Below are positions 38,211 through 48,237 of a stretch of DNA of 64,000 nt, in pieces (positions within the stretch are counted from its first letter, which is position 1; every line of letters begins with the position of its first letter). The notes beneath the pieces are model-generated. The model saw only the letters and a list, made by a program, of their open reading frames with translations. It made no database searches and was not told where the DNA came from. Both the position numbers and the translations under genes were made by a program. The DNA comes from Acutalibacteraceae bacterium (GTDB lineage: Bacteria; Bacillota; Clostridia; Oscillospirales; Acutalibacteraceae). The stretch lies in NCBI GenBank assembly GCA_045543735.1, contig JAZPXO010000008.1, forward strand, positions 309 to 64,308. The letters are read 5' to 3'.

Positions 38211-38894
38211 TTATATTGATTTAACTTCAACAACTTCCAAAATATTGCTGTCAACTCTGAAACGGATGTTGAATCCGGCGAATTCAAGCCCGTAAACGCG
38301 CTCGGGATCGTTCTGGTATTGAGGTCTTGGGTCCTGCTTCAAAACAGCTTTAAGAGCCTCCTGCTTGCTCTGAGGAATAATTTGAATAAGTTCTTCGGGA
38401 AAACGGACTTCGAGCGAGCCTTCTTTTTCTTGCAGAGCAAAACCGCCGCTTGCCTCGGGATGCGAATCAACATAGGGAAGATAGGGCTTTATGTCGATTA
38501 TCGGAGTGCCGTCAAGCAAATCGGCACCTCTGACAGTAAGAACTGTGCTGTTTTCGGCGTTTTGTTTAACTGAAACAAGCTTTACGCAAGAAAGACCGAT
38601 TGAGTTAGGTCTGAAAGGGGAACGAGATGCGAAAACGCCCATGCGCTTGTTGCCGCCGAGTCTGGGCGGTCTGACCGTCGGGCTCCATTCTTTTTCGGCG
38701 CATTCTGAAAAAAGCCACAGGAGCCATATGTGCGAATAGCCCTCAAGCCCTCTGAATGCATCGGGGCTTGAGTATTCTTTTTCAATAATTATCTTTGCCT
38801 CAAGCTCATCCACAAGTCCGCTCTGGCGGGGAATGCCGAATTTTGATGAAAAATCAGATTTAATATATGCAATCGGTTTAACAGATAATTCCAA
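38211..38894 (-). CDS. tsaA: tRNA (N6-threonylcarbamoyladenosine37-N6)-methyltransferase TrmO
   Basis: KFGIPRQ, VRPPRLGGN, GVFASRSPFRPN, DGTPIIDIKPY, DPRP.Y; GAGGTG RBS before TTG at 38894. Confidence 0.93.
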   Translation of the reverse strand: MELSVKPIAYIKSDFSSKFGIPRQSGLVDELEAKIIIEKEYSSPDAFRGLEGYSHIWLLWLFSECAEKEWSPTVRPPRLGGNKRMGVFASRSPFRPNSIGLSCVKLVSVKQNAENSTVLTVRGADLLDGTPIIDIKPYLPYVDSHPEASGGFALQEKEGSLEVRFPEELIQIIPQSKQEALKAVLKQDPRPQYQNDPERVYGLEFAGFNIRFRVDSNILEVVEVKSI

Positions 38895-38907
38895 GCATAT
38901 CACCTCA

Positions 38908-38943
38908 TAAAACAAAAAAGCAAGCCATTCCTGACTTGCTTTC
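38908..38943 (-). terminator. Terminator after tRNA-Thr
   Basis: Minus strand AAAGCAAGTCA-GGAA-TGGCTTGCTTT followed by TTTGTTTT. Confidence 0.75.
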
Positions 38944-39019
38944 TGGAGCTGCTAGGCAGACTCGAACTCCCGACCTCATCCTTACCAAGGATGTGCTCTA
39001 CCACCTGAGCCATAGCAGC
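38944..39019 (-). tRNA. tRNA-Thr(GGT), CCA encoded
   Basis: GCTGCTATGGCTCAGGTGGTAGAGCACATCCTTGGTAAGGATGAGGTCGGGAGTTCGAGTCTGCCTAGCAGCTCCA folds as a 76-nt cloverleaf; anticodon GGT at 38986-38984. Confidence 0.95.
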
Positions 39020-39102
39020 ATGGTGCGTTCTTCCGAACGCAGATTATATTAACATATTGTTTCGCTTTTTGCAAGCCTTTTTTAAAAAATAATTAAAATA
39101 AT

Positions 39103-39384
39103 TTATATAATCTTTGAGTTTGCAACAGTTTCAATGAGAAATTCTTTTTTGAGTTCGAGCAGCTTTTTCAGATGAGGCTGTGTTTTATGACTTTCTAGGC
39201 AGCTTTCGTTTTCCCACAGCTCATGAAGATATACCTCATCTTTGCTTTCCGAAACTTCAAAATCATATTTCAGGCATCCCGATTCGTTGCGTGTTGCCTG
39301 AGGAATCCCGAGGCTCTCAACCGTTTCCATGAATCTGAATTTCATATCAGGCTGCATTTTATAAGTGATTAAAATTTCAATCAT
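39103..39384 (-). CDS. ABM-domain putative quinol monooxygenase
   Basis: Start MIEILITY (overlaps GH125 stop); TRNESGCLKYDF, LHELWE, H..QPH. Confidence 0.8.
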   Translation of the reverse strand: MIEILITYKMQPDMKFRFMETVESLGIPQATRNESGCLKYDFEVSESKDEVYLHELWENESCLESHKTQPHLKKLLELKKEFLIETVANSKII

Positions 39385-40669
39385 TTCCGATAACTCCTTC
39401 GTCAACCGTTTTTTCAACAAACTCAGCAAAAAGAGCGCAGCTCCAGCTGAACCAGCTTCTTGTGAAAACATTCGGGTTGTTTGCATCAAAGCCCTCATGC
39501 ATATAGCCTGTTCCGCCGTCTGTTGTTTCAAGATAGTGCAAGATTTCAAGCATTTCTTCCTTGCTGTCAGCAGTCAGCCCCTGCATTGAAAGGGCAATAT
39601 GCCAGATGTATCCCTCGGGAGTATGAGGACTTCCGACGCCCTTTGCGAATTTGCCTTCATAGTAATAGGGATTATCCTTGCTCAGAATAAATCTTCTTGT
39701 GTTGCGGTAAATTTCATCGTCAGTATTGCAGAATCCGAGATACGGAGCGGAAAGAAGGCTCGGTACATTTGCGTCGTCAAAAAGGAAATAGTCTCCCTTG
39801 CCGTTGACCTCGCATGCATAAATTCTGCCGTATTTTTCATGCTCAATAACAGCGTGTTTTTCAATGCCGTCTCTGATTTCGGCGCGAAGCTTTTGAGCTT
39901 TTTCAATAAGCTCTTTTTTGTCGGGATATGCAGCTTTGAGCATTTCATCAAGATAACCGAGAACAACAACCGCAAACATGTTTGAGGCAACGAGATAGCC
40001 GTAGCGGCAGGCGTCATCGCTCGGCCTGAAGCCTGACCACGTCATTCCCGTATAGTCAACAGGCTCGCCCATGCCGTCGTTATGGATTGTGTCCTGCTGG
40101 GGACAGTTAAGTCTTGTGAAACGGTAAGGTGATTTTTCAAAATGATTCTGCTCGGTTATCCACAGGTCAACCGTAATTTCTGCGCTTTTAAGAAAGCTTT
40201 CATCAAGTATTGACATATCTCCCGTTGCTTTCCAATAAAGATAGGTGAGGCGAAGGGGATAGCAGAGTGAATCAATTTCATATTTTCTTTCCCATACTAT
40301 CGGATGGTTTTTCGGGAAATCCTGGAATTCCTCATGGTCATTTGCTTCTTTTTTGTATGCATTTGCATATGGTTCGGTTTCAATATATTCTCTTTGCTTT
40401 CTGATAACTCCGCCGATTATTGAACGGATATCATCGTTTCCTGAGGCGAGGGGAATATAGTGCGATACCTCGGCTGTTGAGTCACGCAGCCACATTGCGG
40501 GAATATCGCCCGTAAGAACAAAAACCTTGCCGTCGGGCAGAATTTCTGTTGCGGTTTCGAGTGTGTTGGGATAGCAGTTTCTGTAAAGCTGAGCAAGCTT
40601 GGGGCTATGCTTTTCGATTTTTTTGCAATATTCGTTTAATCTGTTTTCAACGCATGAAGGAATTTTCAT
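39377..40669 (-). CDS. GH125 exo-alpha-1,6-mannosidase
   Basis: TGDIPAMWLRDS, WERKYEIDSL, FRPSDD, DDANVPSLL, HEGF, FSW. Confidence 0.93.
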   Translation of the reverse strand: MKIPSCVENRLNEYCKKIEKHSPKLAQLYRNCYPNTLETATEILPDGKVFVLTGDIPAMWLRDSTAEVSHYIPLASGNDDIRSIIGGVIRKQREYIETEPYANAYKKEANDHEEFQDFPKNHPIVWERKYEIDSLCYPLRLTYLYWKATGDMSILDESFLKSAEITVDLWITEQNHFEKSPYRFTRLNCPQQDTIHNDGMGEPVDYTGMTWSGFRPSDDACRYGYLVASNMFAVVVLGYLDEMLKAAYPDKKELIEKAQKLRAEIRDGIEKHAVIEHEKYGRIYACEVNGKGDYFLFDDANVPSLLSAPYLGFCNTDDEIYRNTRRFILSKDNPYYYEGKFAKGVGSPHTPEGYIWHIALSMQGLTADSKEEMLEILHYLETTDGGTGYMHEGFDANNPNVFTRSWFSWSCALFAEFVEKTVDEGVIGND

Positions 40670-40821
40670 CGGGTTTCTCCTTTGGTTTATAATAATAAAA
40701 TGATATATCAGTCGGCGGATAAAGTCAATAAAATTTGAATTATTATTAACATATCTTTCATTGAATTAACATGAATAATATGGTAAAATCAATACAGTAT
40801 TAATCTTACGGAGGAATAGAA

Positions 40822-41904
40822 TTGGAAAAATTCGGTCTTGTTCTTGCAGGCGGTGGAGCAAAGGGTGTTTATCAGCTCGGAGCATGGAAAGCAATGCGCG
40901 AAATCGGAATAGAGTTTTCTGTTGTTGCAGGTGTTTCTATCGGTTCAATTAACGGTGCACTGATTGCTGCTGACAGCTACGATGAAGCGAAAATGCTCTG
41001 GCAGGAGGCTTCAATTGACAGAGGTGTCAATATTTCTCACGAATTGAAAGATCCCGAGAAACTTTTCAGCCTCAGGAATTTTCCTGCGCTTATCAAAGAG
41101 GTTTTTAAAAACGGCGGAATTGATGCTTCTCCTACCAAAGAGCTTCTTGCAGAATTCATTGATGAGGAAAAGGTAAGAAGATCGGATGTTGATTTCGGTA
41201 TAGTCACCTTCAGTCTTTCCGATTATCTGCCGAAAGAAATTTTTATTAAGGATATTCCCGAGGGCCAGCTCCTTGATTATCTTCTTGCGTCGTCAAAAGT
41301 TCCCGGTGTAAGCAATATCGGACCTGAGGGCGAGAAATATCTTGACGGCGGCGTCTATGACAATACTCCTGTTGAAATGCTTCTTAAAAACGGTTATAAC
41401 AGATTGGTCGTAGTTGATATTTCAAATATCAAAGGAATCGGTCACAGATTTGAATTTTTGAATTCCCAGATTGTTTATATCAGACCGAATGATGTTGATG
41501 AGCTTGGAGCGGCTTTTGATTTCAGCGAGGAAATGTTTGAAAAACGCATAAAAATGGGATATCTTGATGCTCAGAAGGCTTTCGGACTGATTTCGGGCAG
41601 AATTTATTATTTCGGTAAAGGCATATTCAGAGAAATGGTCCGGAAATACGGTGCTGATGCCTGCAAGGAGCTTGAAGAAATGGCACATGAACTCGGGCTT
41701 GAGAGAGTCAGGATATATGAGCCCGATGAATTTATCAGGAAACTCAAGGCTCTTTATGCCGCACATGTTGAAGAATACAACAAACGTCAGGACGAAGCGG
41801 AGGAAAAGAGATTTTACGGACAGATTCTTAAAAGACTTCCTCTTTTCAAATCAGGTGAAGAATATACCGAAGCAGTTGCTGTGCTTGACAGTATAATAGA
41901 ATAA
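40822..41904 (+). CDS. Patatin-like phospholipase
   Basis: GGGAKG, GVSIG (catalytic Ser), DGG. Confidence 0.9.
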   Translation: MEKFGLVLAGGGAKGVYQLGAWKAMREIGIEFSVVAGVSIGSINGALIAADSYDEAKMLWQEASIDRGVNISHELKDPEKLFSLRNFPALIKEVFKNGGIDASPTKELLAEFIDEEKVRRSDVDFGIVTFSLSDYLPKEIFIKDIPEGQLLDYLLASSKVPGVSNIGPEGEKYLDGGVYDNTPVEMLLKNGYNRLVVVDISNIKGIGHRFEFLNSQIVYIRPNDVDELGAAFDFSEEMFEKRIKMGYLDAQKAFGLISGRIYYFGKGIFREMVRKYGADACKELEEMAHELGLERVRIYEPDEFIRKLKALYAAHVEEYNKRQDEAEEKRFYGQILKRLPLFKSGEEYTEAVAVLDSIIE

Positions 41905-41942
41905 AAAAACCTCTCAGCTTATGTGAAAGTTGAGAGGTTTTT
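41903..41942. terminator. Bidirectional terminator (patatin / his operon)
   Basis: AAAACCTCTCAGC...GTTGAGAGGTTTT. Confidence 0.8.
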
Positions 41943-41945
41943 GAT

Positions 41946-42581
41946 TTATTGCATTTTTTCCTGTTTAACCTTATGGTCAACAATATGTCTTTTGGCAAGT
42001 TCAGCAGTAACTTCGTCAAGTGAAATACCCATTTCTATCATGAGAACGGTTATGTGATAGAGCAGGTCAGCGATTTCATAAACAGTTTCTGCTTTGTCAC
42101 CGCCCTTTGCGCCGATGATAACTTCTGTGCATTCCTCGCCGACCTTTTTAAGAATCTTGTCGATTCCTTTTTCAAAAAGATAGGTAGTGTATGAGCCTTC
42201 CTTCTTGTTGAGCTTTCTTCCGAGAAGCATCTGATAAAGTCCCTCATATGAAAAAGCGTCATCGTTGCTTTCGACTATATCATTAAAGAAGCAGGTTTCA
42301 TTGCCTGTGTGGCATGCGGGGCCTTCTTTGATAACATCAATAAGAAGAGTATCCTTGTCGCAGTCGGTGCGGATGCTGACAACATTCTGAACATTGCCTG
42401 AAGTTGCGCCCTTGCGCCATAATTCCTGACGGCTGCGGCTGAAGAAGCAGGTTTTGCCTTCTTTAATGGTGATATCAAGGCTTTCAGCGTTCATATATGC
42501 AAGCATGAGAACTTTTTTTGTATAATGGTCCTGAACAATTGCGGGAATAAGACCCTTGGAATCATATTTAAGTTCTGTCAT
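41946..42581 (-). CDS. hisIE: Phosphoribosyl-AMP cyclohydrolase / phosphoribosyl-ATP pyrophosphatase
   Basis: [34 protein letters not shown]. Confidence 0.95.
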   Translation of the reverse strand: MTELKYDSKGLIPAIVQDHYTKKVLMLAYMNAESLDITIKEGKTCFFSRSRQELWRKGATSGNVQNVVSIRTDCDKDTLLIDVIKEGPACHTGNETCFFNDIVESNDDAFSYEGLYQMLLGRKLNKKEGSYTTYLFEKGIDKILKKVGEECTEVIIGAKGGDKAETVYEIADLLYHITVLMIEMGISLDEVTAELAKRHIVDHKVKQEKMQ

Positions 42582-42583
42582 TT

Positions 42584-43339
42584 TTATATCCTCATTTCTA
42601 TGTTGTTATCGTTAAGATATTTTTTCAGGTCTGCAATGCTGAGCTCTTTGAAATGGAAAATAGAAGCTGCAAGACCTGCATCTGCACAATCAGCTCTGAA
42701 AAGCTCAAGAAAATCTTCTTTTTTTCCTGCGCCGCCGCTTGCTATAACAGGGATTGATACAAGCTCGCTGATAGCCTGAAGCATTTCAATGTCAAAGCCT
42801 TGCTTAACGCCGTCAGTATCAATGCTGTTAACTACAAGCTCGCCTGCGCCGCTGTTTTCTCCGTTTTTAGCCCATTCGAGAGCATCTATGCCCGTATCAA
42901 TTCTGCCGCCTTTGCTGAAAATGCGGAATTTTCCTTCAACGCGCTTAATATCCATTGAAAGAACAACGCATTGATCACCGTATTTTTTAGCCGCTTTTTC
43001 AATCAGCGAAGGATCTTTTATTGCACCTGAGTTTACCGAAACCTTGTCAGCACCGCATTTAAGTACTCTGTCAAAATCATCGAGAGTGTTTATTCCGCCG
43101 CCAACCGTCAGAGGAATGAAAATTTCTTTCGCAACCTGAGTGAGTGCATCTGTGAAAAGTCCGCGGTTTTCATATGAAGCGGTTATATCATAAAAAACAA
43201 GTTCGTCAGCGCCGCTGTCGTTATAAAAATGAGCAAGCTCAACGGGTGAAGCAACATCCTGAATTCCTTCAAAATTAACGCCTTTTACAACTCTGCCGTT
43301 GCGCACGTCAAGGCAGGGAATTATTCTTTTTGTTATCAT
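42584..43339 (-). CDS. hisF: Imidazole glycerol phosphate synthase cyclase subunit
   Basis: [38 protein letters not shown]. Confidence 0.95.
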   Translation of the reverse strand: MITKRIIPCLDVRNGRVVKGVNFEGIQDVASPVELAHFYNDSGADELVFYDITASYENRGLFTDALTQVAKEIFIPLTVGGGINTLDDFDRVLKCGADKVSVNSGAIKDPSLIEKAAKKYGDQCVVLSMDIKRVEGKFRIFSKGGRIDTGIDALEWAKNGENSGAGELVVNSIDTDGVKQGFDIEMLQAISELVSIPVIASGGAGKKEDFLELFRADCADAGLAASIFHFKELSIADLKKYLNDNNIEMRI

Positions 43340-44058
43340 AATTTACCTCCTGCCGCTGCAAGGGCTTCTTTAAGATCGAGCTTTCCTTCGTAAACAGCCT
43401 TTCCGAGAATTGCCCCGTAGATATTCATTGAGTTGAGTGTTCTGATTTCGTCAATGAATGTTATTCCGCCCGAAGCAACGATATCAAGACCTTGTATCTT
43501 TGCAAGCTCTTTATATATTTCAAGGTTTGTGCCCGAGAGCATGCCGTCTTTTGAAATATCGGTATAGATTACGGTTTTAACGCCTGTATCGCGAAGCTTT
43601 TTGCAGAATTCAACCGAATCAACGCTTGTTGTTTCCTGCCAGCCGTTGATAGCAACAAGACCGTTTTTGGCGTCAACACCTACAGCAACAGCGTCGCCGA
43701 ATTCTTTGACAGCTTCTTCAACAAAAGGATAGTTTTTAACTGCGGCTGTGCCGAGTATAACTCTCTTTACACCGAGGCTGAGATAATCTTCAATTCTTTT
43801 CATATCGCGGATACCGCCGCCTACTTCGATGAAAAGACCTTTGATTTTTGCCGCTTCACGAATAGCGTCAAAGTTAACGGGAGAACCGTGTTTTGCGCCG
43901 TCAAGGTCAACCATGTGAAGATATGTTGCACCTGCTTTCATGAATTCGTGAGCCATTTCGGCAGGAGAATCGGCATATATTTTAACTTCGTTATAATCGC
44001 CTTTTGTAAGACGGACAACCTTGCCTGCGAGAATATCTGTTGCAGGGAAAATTTGCAT
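43336..44058 (-). CDS. hisA: ProFAR isomerase
   Basis: GKVVRL.KGDY, HMVDLDGA, VGGGIR, TDISKDG, ASGG; start MQIFP at 44058. Confidence 0.95.
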   Translation of the reverse strand: MQIFPATDILAGKVVRLTKGDYNEVKIYADSPAEMAHEFMKAGATYLHMVDLDGAKHGSPVNFDAIREAAKIKGLFIEVGGGIRDMKRIEDYLSLGVKRVILGTAAVKNYPFVEEAVKEFGDAVAVGVDAKNGLVAINGWQETTSVDSVEFCKKLRDTGVKTVIYTDISKDGMLSGTNLEIYKELAKIQGLDIVASGGITFIDEIRTLNSMNIYGAILGKAVYEGKLDLKEALAAAGGKL

Positions 44059-44073
44059 ATCAATCACCTGTAA

Positions 44074-44682
44074 TTATAATTCTGAAAAAGCCTTTAAAAG
44101 AGCAAGTCCCTTTGCGCCGCTCTTTTCGGGATGGAACTGCATTCCGTAAACGCTGCCGCTTTTAACAATAGCAGGAACGGCAACACCGTATTCGGCAAAT
44201 GCAAGAGTATTTTCAACGCAGTTTCTGGCGTAGAAGGAATGTACGAAATACATATAGTCGCCGGGCTCGATATATTTGAAAATCGGATCGGCTTTAGCAA
44301 GGTTAAGCTTATTCCAGCCCATATGGGGGATTTTCAGCTCTTCAGAAATCTGTCCTTCAAGAGGACCGACATAACCTTTTATGAGACCGAGACCCATGTG
44401 AGCGCCGTATTCGAAGCTTTTTTCAAAAAGCATCTGCATACCCAGGCATATACCGAGAATGGGTTTTCCTTCAGCCGCGAGAGAGCATACAAGCTCGCCG
44501 AGACCGCTTTCTTTCAGTTTTTTTGCGGCATCGGCAAAGGCGCCTACACCGGGAAGAATTATTTTGTCTGCGTTTTCGATTTCAGCTTTATCGCTTGTTA
44601 TTCTGCACTCGATTCCAAGGCTTTCAAGCGATGAGGAAAGCGAAAAAAGATTGCCGCAGCCGTAGTCAATTATTGCAATCAT
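44074..44682 (-). CDS. hisH: IGP synthase glutamine amidotransferase subunit
   Basis: IIDYG.GN, LPGVGAF, GICLGMQ, YFVHSF, QFHPEKS. Confidence 0.95.
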   Translation of the reverse strand: MIAIIDYGCGNLFSLSSSLESLGIECRITSDKAEIENADKIILPGVGAFADAAKKLKESGLGELVCSLAAEGKPILGICLGMQMLFEKSFEYGAHMGLGLIKGYVGPLEGQISEELKIPHMGWNKLNLAKADPIFKYIEPGDYMYFVHSFYARNCVENTLAFAEYGVAVPAIVKSGSVYGMQFHPEKSGAKGLALLKAFSEL

Positions 44683-45269
44683 CAGAGAAGTCCTTTCGTT
44701 GAGGGGATTTCACCGCCGAGAGTGAGGTCTTCAAAAACAGCTTTGCAAAGAGCTCTTGAAACAGATTTGAAAATGCCTTCAATTATGTGGTGGCTGTTTT
44801 TGCCGTAAAACTGTTTGATATGGAGAGTTATATCGCTGTTGCGGACAAATGAAATAAAGAATTCTTCAACAAGTTCTGTATCCATACCGCCTACAGCAGG
44901 GGTAGGAATGTTGACATCATAGTTAAGATAAGCTCTGCCGCTGATGTCAACGCTTGCAAGAATGAGTGTTTCATCCATGGGAAGAACGATGCTTCCGTAA
45001 CGGGATATGCCTCTTTTTTCGCCTACTGCTTTCGCAAAAGCCTGACCGAGAACAATTCCGACATCCTCTACGGTGTGGTGATAATCAACATGAGTATCGC
45101 CAACGCACTTAACCTTCAAGTCCATTCTGCCGTGGCGTGCAAAAAGCTCAAGCATATGGTCAAGAAAACCGCAGCCCGTGTCTGTTTCGCATTTTCCCGT
45201 GCCGTCAAGGCAAAGCCATAAATCTATATCTGTTTCATTGGTTTTTCTTTTGATTGATGCTTCTCTCAT
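44682..45269 (-). CDS. hisB: Imidazoleglycerol-phosphate dehydratase (monofunctional)
   Basis: R.TNET, DHML, HHTVED, PMDE, NSHHIIE. Confidence 0.95.
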   Translation of the reverse strand: MREASIKRKTNETDIDLWLCLDGTGKCETDTGCGFLDHMLELFARHGRMDLKVKCVGDTHVDYHHTVEDVGIVLGQAFAKAVGEKRGISRYGSIVLPMDETLILASVDISGRAYLNYDVNIPTPAVGGMDTELVEEFFISFVRNSDITLHIKQFYGKNSHHIIEGIFKSVSRALCKAVFEDLTLGGEIPSTKGLL

Positions 45270-46330
45270 GCTCTTTCCTCCAGAATTTCCTTTATTGCGT
45301 TAACGAGAGTCTGCATATCGTCGGCTGCACCAACGGTTATTCTCAGATAGTTATCAATTTTAGCCTTATTGAAATATCTGACAAGAATATTGCGCTTTCT
45401 CAATTCAGCGGCAAGCTCACATGCAGGGATTTTGTCGCTTGAAGCGAAGATAAAGTTTGACTTTGAATCTGTGCAATTGAATCCGAGCTCTCGGAGCTGA
45501 TTTTTGACAAGCTCTCTTGTTTCAACAATTTTTGCGATTTTATCATCGTAATATTCGTTATCGCTTATTGCTGCTGCAGCCGCTTTTACTGAAAGAGTGT
45601 TAATATTATAAGGATTGAATGAAAATTTAAGCTTGTTTAAATCCTCAATAATTTCTTTCTGAGCAATGCCGAAGCCGACTCTCAGTCCTGCAAGCGAATG
45701 GCTCTTCGAGAATGTCCTTGTAACAAGGAGATTGGGATATTTTTTGACAAGCTCCATGCAGCTGTCATAGCAGAATGCCATATAAGCCTCATCCATGATA
45801 ACAAGATTGTCAGGGTTTGATGAAACGATTCTTTCAACATCATAAAAAGAAAGTGCAAGACCTGTAGGAGCGTTGGGATTTGCGATAACAATGTTTTTGT
45901 TTTTGCCTATGTAATCGTTTACATCTATTGAAAAATCGTCTTTTAAAGGAATCTGTTCAAGCTCAACTCCGAAAATATCGGCATAAACGGGATAGAAGCC
46001 GTAAGAAATTTCGGGGCAGCAGAGCTTGCCGCCTGCGCCGCAGAAGCCCATGATTGCGAAAGCAAGAACATCATCCGAGCCGTTTCCGCAGAACACCATA
46101 TCGGGAGTAACATCAAACTGCTTTGCGATGGCTGCAGTAAGCTCTTTTAATTCAGGGTCTGAATAGAGATTGAGCTTGTCTATAACATCTTCAGAAAGAA
46201 CCTCCTTAACCTTCGGAGAAGGCGGAAAAGGGGATTCATTTGTGTTGAGTTTAATAACCTTAACATTTACCTGTTCACCCGGTACATAGGGGACAAGGTT
46301 TTTATAATTATCTGAAAGAAACCTGCTCAT
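45266..46330 (-). CDS. hisC: Histidinol-phosphate aminotransferase
   Basis: KLNTNESP, GNGSD, NPNAPTG, DEAY, TFSKS.SLAGLR. Confidence 0.95.
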   Translation of the reverse strand: MSRFLSDNYKNLVPYVPGEQVNVKVIKLNTNESPFPPSPKVKEVLSEDVIDKLNLYSDPELKELTAAIAKQFDVTPDMVFCGNGSDDVLAFAIMGFCGAGGKLCCPEISYGFYPVYADIFGVELEQIPLKDDFSIDVNDYIGKNKNIVIANPNAPTGLALSFYDVERIVSSNPDNLVIMDEAYMAFCYDSCMELVKKYPNLLVTRTFSKSHSLAGLRVGFGIAQKEIIEDLNKLKFSFNPYNINTLSVKAAAAAISDNEYYDDKIAKIVETRELVKNQLRELGFNCTDSKSNFIFASSDKIPACELAAELRKRNILVRYFNKAKIDNYLRITVGAADDMQTLVNAIKEILEERA

Positions 46331-46339
46331 GGCATTTCC

Positions 46340-47617
46340 TCATTTCTCAAATCTTATTGCGGCGCTTCTGCCGTGAGCCTGCAAGCCTTCACGGTTTGCA
46401 AAAAGAACAATATTGTCCTTAACATTTCCGAGAGCTTCCTCGGTGTAATAAATATACTGCGATTTTTTAACATAATCGTCAACAGAAAGCGGAGAAGAAA
46501 ATCTTGCTGTTCCCGATGTGGGGAGAGTATGGTTTGTTCCTGCGAGATAGTCACCGAGTGCTTCGGGAGTATTTTTTCCCAGGAAAATTGAGCCTGCATT
46601 CTTGATTTTATCAAGATATCTGAAAGGCTCATCAACACATACCTCGAGATGCTCAGGGGCGATTTCGTTGGCAATTTCGATTCCCTGCTCAAGATCCTTT
46701 GCGATAATGATTTTTCCGTTTGTTTCAATTGAAGCTCTTGCGATTTCTTCTCTGGGAAGAGTTTTGAGTTGAGCCTCGATTTCATCTCTGACGGCATAAG
46801 CGAGAGTCTCGCTGTCAGTAACAAGAACTGCGCTTGCAAGCTTATCGTGCTCAGCCTGAGAAAGGAGGTCGGCTGCAACAAATTTCGGGTTGCATGTTCC
46901 GTCTGCAAGAACAAGGATTTCGCTCGGGCCTGCAATCATATCAATATCAACAAGACCGTAGAGCATACGTTTTGCCGTTGCAACAAAAACATTGCCGGGA
47001 CCGACAACCTTGTCTGCCTTGGGGACGCTTTCGGTGCCGTAAGCAAGTGCGGCAACAGCCTGAGCGCCGCCTGTTTTGATTATGGTATCAACACCTGCTA
47101 TTTTTGCGGCGCAGAGAATTGCAGAGGGTATGTTTCCGCTTTTGTCGGGGGGAGTAACCATTATTATTTCGCTGACGCCTGCAATTTTTGCAGGAATTGC
47201 ATTCATAAGAACAGTTGAAGGATAGCTTGCAGTGCCGCCGGGAACATAAATTCCGACTTTTTCAATCGGAGTTATTTTCTGACCTGCAACAATGCCGTTG
47301 CCCTCATTTATTTCGAATCCCTTGCGAAGCTGCTTTTCATGGAAAGCCCATATATTTTTCTTTGCTATTTCAAGAGTTTCTATGAGAGCGGGATCTTCGT
47401 TTTTGTAAGCTTCATTTATTTCTTCTTCAGTTACGCGAAGATTATCAATTTCAGCCTTGTCAAATCTGAGGCTGTATTCTTTAAGTGCGGCATCGCCGTT
47501 TTCTTTAACATTTTTGATTATATCTGCAACGATTGCTTCAACTCCGCTTTCAAGCTTGATGTCACGGGTAAGAATGTCTTCTTTTGAAGCGTTTTCTATA
47601 TTGATAATTTTAATCAT
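46340..47617 (-). CDS. hisD: Histidinol dehydrogenase
   Basis: YVPGG, GGAQA, GPGN, AGPSE, QAEHD, APEHL, GDY.AG.NH.LPT. Confidence 0.96.
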   Translation of the reverse strand: MIKIINIENASKEDILTRDIKLESGVEAIVADIIKNVKENGDAALKEYSLRFDKAEIDNLRVTEEEINEAYKNEDPALIETLEIAKKNIWAFHEKQLRKGFEINEGNGIVAGQKITPIEKVGIYVPGGTASYPSTVLMNAIPAKIAGVSEIIMVTPPDKSGNIPSAILCAAKIAGVDTIIKTGGAQAVAALAYGTESVPKADKVVGPGNVFVATAKRMLYGLVDIDMIAGPSEILVLADGTCNPKFVAADLLSQAEHDKLASAVLVTDSETLAYAVRDEIEAQLKTLPREEIARASIETNGKIIIAKDLEQGIEIANEIAPEHLEVCVDEPFRYLDKIKNAGSIFLGKNTPEALGDYLAGTNHTLPTSGTARFSSPLSVDDYVKKSQYIYYTEEALGNVKDNIVLFANREGLQAHGRSAAIRFEK

Positions 47618-48237
47618 TTTGCGAGCTCCTTTTTAAGCTTTTCCATCAGAGTGTCAATATCTTCGTTCTTGAACTTGTAGGATGATTTGTTGGCAATGAG
47701 TCTTGCGCTTATCGGCATTATCTTTTCGTATACCCTGAGATTGTTTTCTTCAAGCGTTTTTCCAGATTCAACAATATCAACAATAACATCCGACAGCCCG
47801 AGAATCGGAGCAATTTCAATGGAACCGTTAAGCTTTATGATTTCAATTTCGCGGTTGAGCGAGATATAATAGTTCTTTGCTATATTAACAAATTTTGTTG
47901 CAACCCTGAGGGGTCTGTCAAAATCCTCAACATAATCGTTGGGTGCGGCAACGCACATGTTGCATTTTCCGAGGTTGAGGTCAAGAAGTTCATAAATGTC
48001 AAAATTGCCTTCTTCAAGTATATCCTTGCCGACAACACCTATATCAGCTGCACCGTGAGCAATGTAAATTGCAACATCGGAGGGCTTGACAAGAAGATAG
48101 CGCACGCCGTTTTCCTTGTTTTCGAAAACGAGCTTTCTGTTGTCGCTGTATATTTCACTGCAGTCATAACCGATTGAGGCGAAAAGCTCATATACCTTGT
48201 CGCCGAGTCTGCCTTTTGGTAAAGCTATATTCAGCAT
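47614..48237 (-). CDS. hisG: ATP phosphoribosyltransferase (short form)
   Basis: IALPKGRL, ATKF, GSIE.AP..GL.D.IVDIVESG; 207 aa. Confidence 0.95.
   Translation of the reverse strand: MLNIALPKGRLGDKVYELFASIGYDCSEIYSDNRKLVFENKENGVRYLLVKPSDVAIYIAHGAADIGVVGKDILEEGNFDIYELLDLNLGKCNMCVAAPNDYVEDFDRPLRVATKFVNIAKNYYISLNREIEIIKLNGSIEIAPILGLSDVIVDIVESGKTLEENNLRVYEKIMPISARLIANKSSYKFKNEDIDTLMEKLKKELAK

Noticed and set aside
38944-39019. tRNA as an integration site for an island
   Set aside because: No integrase, and no duplicated tRNA 3' end seen in the window
39385-39549. N-terminal extension of the ABM ORF (148-aa call)
   Set aside because: Overlaps GH125 in another frame; the real start is most likely ATG 39384. 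Similar over-extended starts were trimmed for 9419, 22496, 28554, 49840, 56017 and 57849
40822-41904. Patatin as a CBASS/defence effector
   Set aside because: No cyclase or other defence gene nearby; looks like the common stand-alone clostridial patatin
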